Source: an uncultured Gammaproteobacteria bacterium (GTDB lineage Bacteria; Pseudomonadota; Gammaproteobacteria; Pseudomonadales; Halieaceae). Taken from it: a stretch of DNA of 64,000 nucleotides. The translations under genes and the position numbers were made by a program. The notes below the pieces were generated by a model. The model saw nothing but the letters and a program-made list of their open reading frames with translations, had not been told where the DNA came from and searched no databases. Shown here piece after piece: positions 61,894 to 64,000 of this stretch; position 1 is the first letter of the stretch, and each line of letters opens with the position of its first letter. Location: assembly GCA_963715345.1 (NCBI GenBank), contig CAVQRS010000003.1, positions 1,398 to 65,397 of the forward strand. The letters are read 5' to 3'.

Positions 61894-62610
61894 ATGCACA
61901 GCGCTTCCGGCCAACACAATGCTGCCCACCCTCCCATCTGGCCCCTGTACCGGGCGCTGGTGGGCGTGGGACTGGTCTGTGGTTTGCTGATTGTGTCGGT
62001 GTTCGTGCTGACCGGCCCCGTGATCGCGCGCAACGAGGCTGCGGCCCTGCAGCGGGCGGTGTTCCAGGTCTTGCCCGGCGCGGTGGCCAAGGCCTCCTTT
62101 GAACTGGGGCCCGATGGCAACTTCCATCCGGCGGGCCAGGGCAGCGCTCCGCAGCAGACAGTGCATGCGGGCTACGACGCCGAGGGCCACCTCGTCGGCG
62201 TCGCCATCGAGGCCCAGGGCATGGGCTACCAGGACACCATCCGCCTGCTCTACGGTTACGCGCCGCAAAGCCAGACTGTTGTTGGTATGGAGGTGCTCTC
62301 GAGCAAGGAAACCCCTGGCCTGGGCGACAAGATCGAAAAGGATCCGGCCTTTCGCGCCAATTTTCGCGCCCTGGATGTCGGCATTGCAGCGGACGGCCAG
62401 TCCCTGCAGCGGCCGGTCGAGGCGGTGAAGAGCGGTAGCAAGACCCTGCCGTCCCAGATCGATGGCATCACCGGTGCGACCATTTCATCCAAGGCCATCG
62501 CGGCTATTTTGCGCCAGAGCAGTGCCCAGTGGGTGCCCCTGGTGTATCGCCTGCAGAGTGAGCTGGAAGGCGAACCAGAAGGGGAGGGGCAGACCGATGG
62601 CGGGAGCTGA
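61894..62610 (+). CDS. rnfG: Rnf complex subunit G
   Basis: SKETPGLGDKI and the FMN-binding DGITGATISS. Confidence 0.88.
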   Translation: MHSASGQHNAAHPPIWPLYRALVGVGLVCGLLIVSVFVLTGPVIARNEAAALQRAVFQVLPGAVAKASFELGPDGNFHPAGQGSAPQQTVHAGYDAEGHLVGVAIEAQGMGYQDTIRLLYGYAPQSQTVVGMEVLSSKETPGLGDKIEKDPAFRANFRALDVGIAADGQSLQRPVEAVKSGSKTLPSQIDGITGATISSKAIAAILRQSSAQWVPLVYRLQSELEGEPEGEGQTDGGS

Positions 62611-63253
62611 CAGGAACGCCGCCAGTGCGATGTCCACTGACGACTTTATCAAGGGCCTGTGGCGGGAAAACCCCGTGTTCGTGCAGGTACTGGGCATGTG
62701 CCCGGTGCTTGCGGTGACCAACTCGGCCATCAATGCGCTGGCAATGGGGCTGGCCACCACCTTCGTGCTGGTGCTGTCGAACACCCTGGTGGCGACGCTG
62801 CGCCACTTCATCCCCAGGCAGGTGCGCATCGCGACATTTATCCTGATCATCGCCACCTTCGTCACGGTGGTGGACTACCTGATCCAGGCCATCAGCCTGG
62901 ATCTGCACCGGGCCCTGGGCGCCTTCATTTCCCTTATCGTGGTGAACTGCCTGATCCTGGGCAGGGCGGAGGCCTTTGCCTCGAAGAACACGGTCACCCG
63001 CTCGGTGCTGGACGGGCTGGGCATGGGCGTGGGCTTTACCTTCGCCCTGTTGTGCCTCGGCGGCGCCCGGGAGATTTTCGGCAGCGGCTCGCTGTTTGGT
63101 GTGGCGCTGTTTCCCGCCGCCTACCAGCCGTGGATTGTGATGATTTTACCCAGTGGGGGCTTCTTCACCCTCGCCCTGTGGCTGTTGCTGTTCAACCATC
63201 TCAAGCTGCGCAGGCAGGCGCGTGACGATCTGGCACAGGAGGTGACGCAGTGA
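62597..63253 (+). CDS. rnfE: Rnf complex subunit E
   Basis: LWRENPVFVQVLGMCPVLAVTNSAINALAMG. ATG at 62597 follows GGAGGGG. The listed ORF starts at 62462, inside rnfG. Confidence 0.9.
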   Translation: MAGADRNAASAMSTDDFIKGLWRENPVFVQVLGMCPVLAVTNSAINALAMGLATTFVLVLSNTLVATLRHFIPRQVRIATFILIIATFVTVVDYLIQAISLDLHRALGAFISLIVVNCLILGRAEAFASKNTVTRSVLDGLGMGVGFTFALLCLGGAREIFGSGSLFGVALFPAAYQPWIVMILPSGGFFTLALWLLLFNHLKLRRQARDDLAQEVTQ

Positions 63254-63831
63254 ACAACGATTCCCTCTGGACCATCTTCCTCAATGCCAGCCTGGTGAAC
63301 AATTTTGTGCTGGCCTACTTCCTGGGGATATGCCCGTTCCTGGGTGTGTCGGGCAAGCTCGGCACCGCGACCCGGATGGGCGGCGCGGTCTGTTTCGTGA
63401 TGCTGGTCAGCTCGGTCTGCGCCTATGGCATTCACCGGCTGCTGGTCGCCATCGATGCACCCTACCTGCAACTGATTTCCTATATCGTGGTGATCGCCTC
63501 CACCGTGCAGCTGGTGGAGATGTTTATCAAGAAAATGAGCCCGGCCCTGTTCCGGGCGCTGGGTATTTTCCTGCCGCTCATTACCACCAACTGCGCGATC
63601 CTGGGCCTGGCCCTGTTCCAGACCAACAAGGGTTACGACCTGTTGCAGTCGATCGTCTATGCGCTGGGTGCCGGCAGCGGCTTTACCCTGGCGCTGGTGC
63701 TGATGGCCGGGATCCGCGAAAAACTCGAACTCGCCTCGGTGCCGGACATGGTGCAGGGGACGGCCCTCACCCTGATGATCGCCGGCATCCTGTCACTGGC
63801 ATTCATGGGCTTTGCGGGGGTGGGGGCGTGA
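63250..63831 (+). CDS. rnfA: Rnf complex subunit A
   Basis: LVNNFVLAYFLGICPFLGVS and FLPLITTNCAILG. The GTG start overlaps the rnfE stop (GTGA). Confidence 0.93.
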   Translation: MNNDSLWTIFLNASLVNNFVLAYFLGICPFLGVSGKLGTATRMGGAVCFVMLVSSVCAYGIHRLLVAIDAPYLQLISYIVVIASTVQLVEMFIKKMSPALFRALGIFLPLITTNCAILGLALFQTNKGYDLLQSIVYALGAGSGFTLALVLMAGIREKLELASVPDMVQGTALTLMIAGILSLAFMGFAGVGA

Positions 63832-63835
63832 CGTC

Positions 63836-64000
63836 ATGCTGAACACCTTCCTCACCGCTGCGGCGGGCATGATTTTTATCAGCTGCGGCTGGCTTGCAGT
63901 GCAGCGCCTTTGGCTGCGTCACTTTCCCGATCGGGGTGGCGCCAACGACGATGCGCTGGCCGGACACGGCGGCTGCCAGGGCTGTAATTGCGGGCCGGCG
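63836..64000 (+). CDS. Partial ORF: small single-transmembrane Cys-rich protein downstream of rnfA (runs off the window)
   Basis: ATG lies 5 nt after the rnfA stop. The translation is MLNTFLTAAAGMIFISCGWLAVQRLWLRHFPDRGGANDDALAGHGGCQGCNCGPA. The frame is open to base 64000. It is absent from the supplied track because it is truncated. Confidence 0.3.
   Translation, partial: MLNTFLTAAAGMIFISCGWLAVQRLWLRHFPDRGGANDDALAGHGGCQGCNCGPA

Overview
This is a GC-rich bacterial chromosomal segment. Protein similarities (YbiT, CusA, MlaA, PldA, Rnf) suggest a Gammaproteobacterium, but that is inference only. I recognised no rRNA, tRNA, CRISPR array, transposase, integrase or phage genes.

Content from left to right:
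1. A frame-broken secreted cytochrome-c/beta-propeller gene, then a patatin-FadL-P450 lipid trio.
2. Two 141-nt hairpin repeats in inverted orientation, with many compensatory substitutions.
3. A divergent glycogen cluster: malQ-GH57-glgC on the minus strand and glgB-glgA-glgP on the plus strand.
4. A CPA2 antiporter and a CBS protein coupled to an ArsB/NhaD permease.
5. A CzcI-like small protein followed by cusCBA.
6. ybiT and a thiolase-like gene.
7. A run of about 16 kb of envelope-lipid genes: SYLF, AsmA, OmpA, two alpha/beta hydrolases, phospholipase D, two LssY_C-like paralogues, a membrane pyrophosphatase, pldA and mlaA.
8. An orphan binding protein, a TonB-dependent receptor, a second patatin and a K+ channel.
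9. An rnfB-[PFOR-like gene of about 1640 aa]-rnfCDGEA operon.

Five recognisable genes or gene segments carry reading-frame breaks. Four of the breaks are explained by one extra base in a short homopolymer, so the pseudogene calls are provisional and may reflect sequence errors.

Best candidates for new biology:
- The Rnf operon with an embedded giant PFOR-ferredoxin fusion.
- The covarying 141-nt structured repeats.
- The PLD plus tandem LssY_C module.
- The lipoprotein/serine-hydrolase pair coupled to mlaA and divergent from pldA.

Many long ORFs in the supplied track are antisense artefacts of the high GC content and are not reported as genes.
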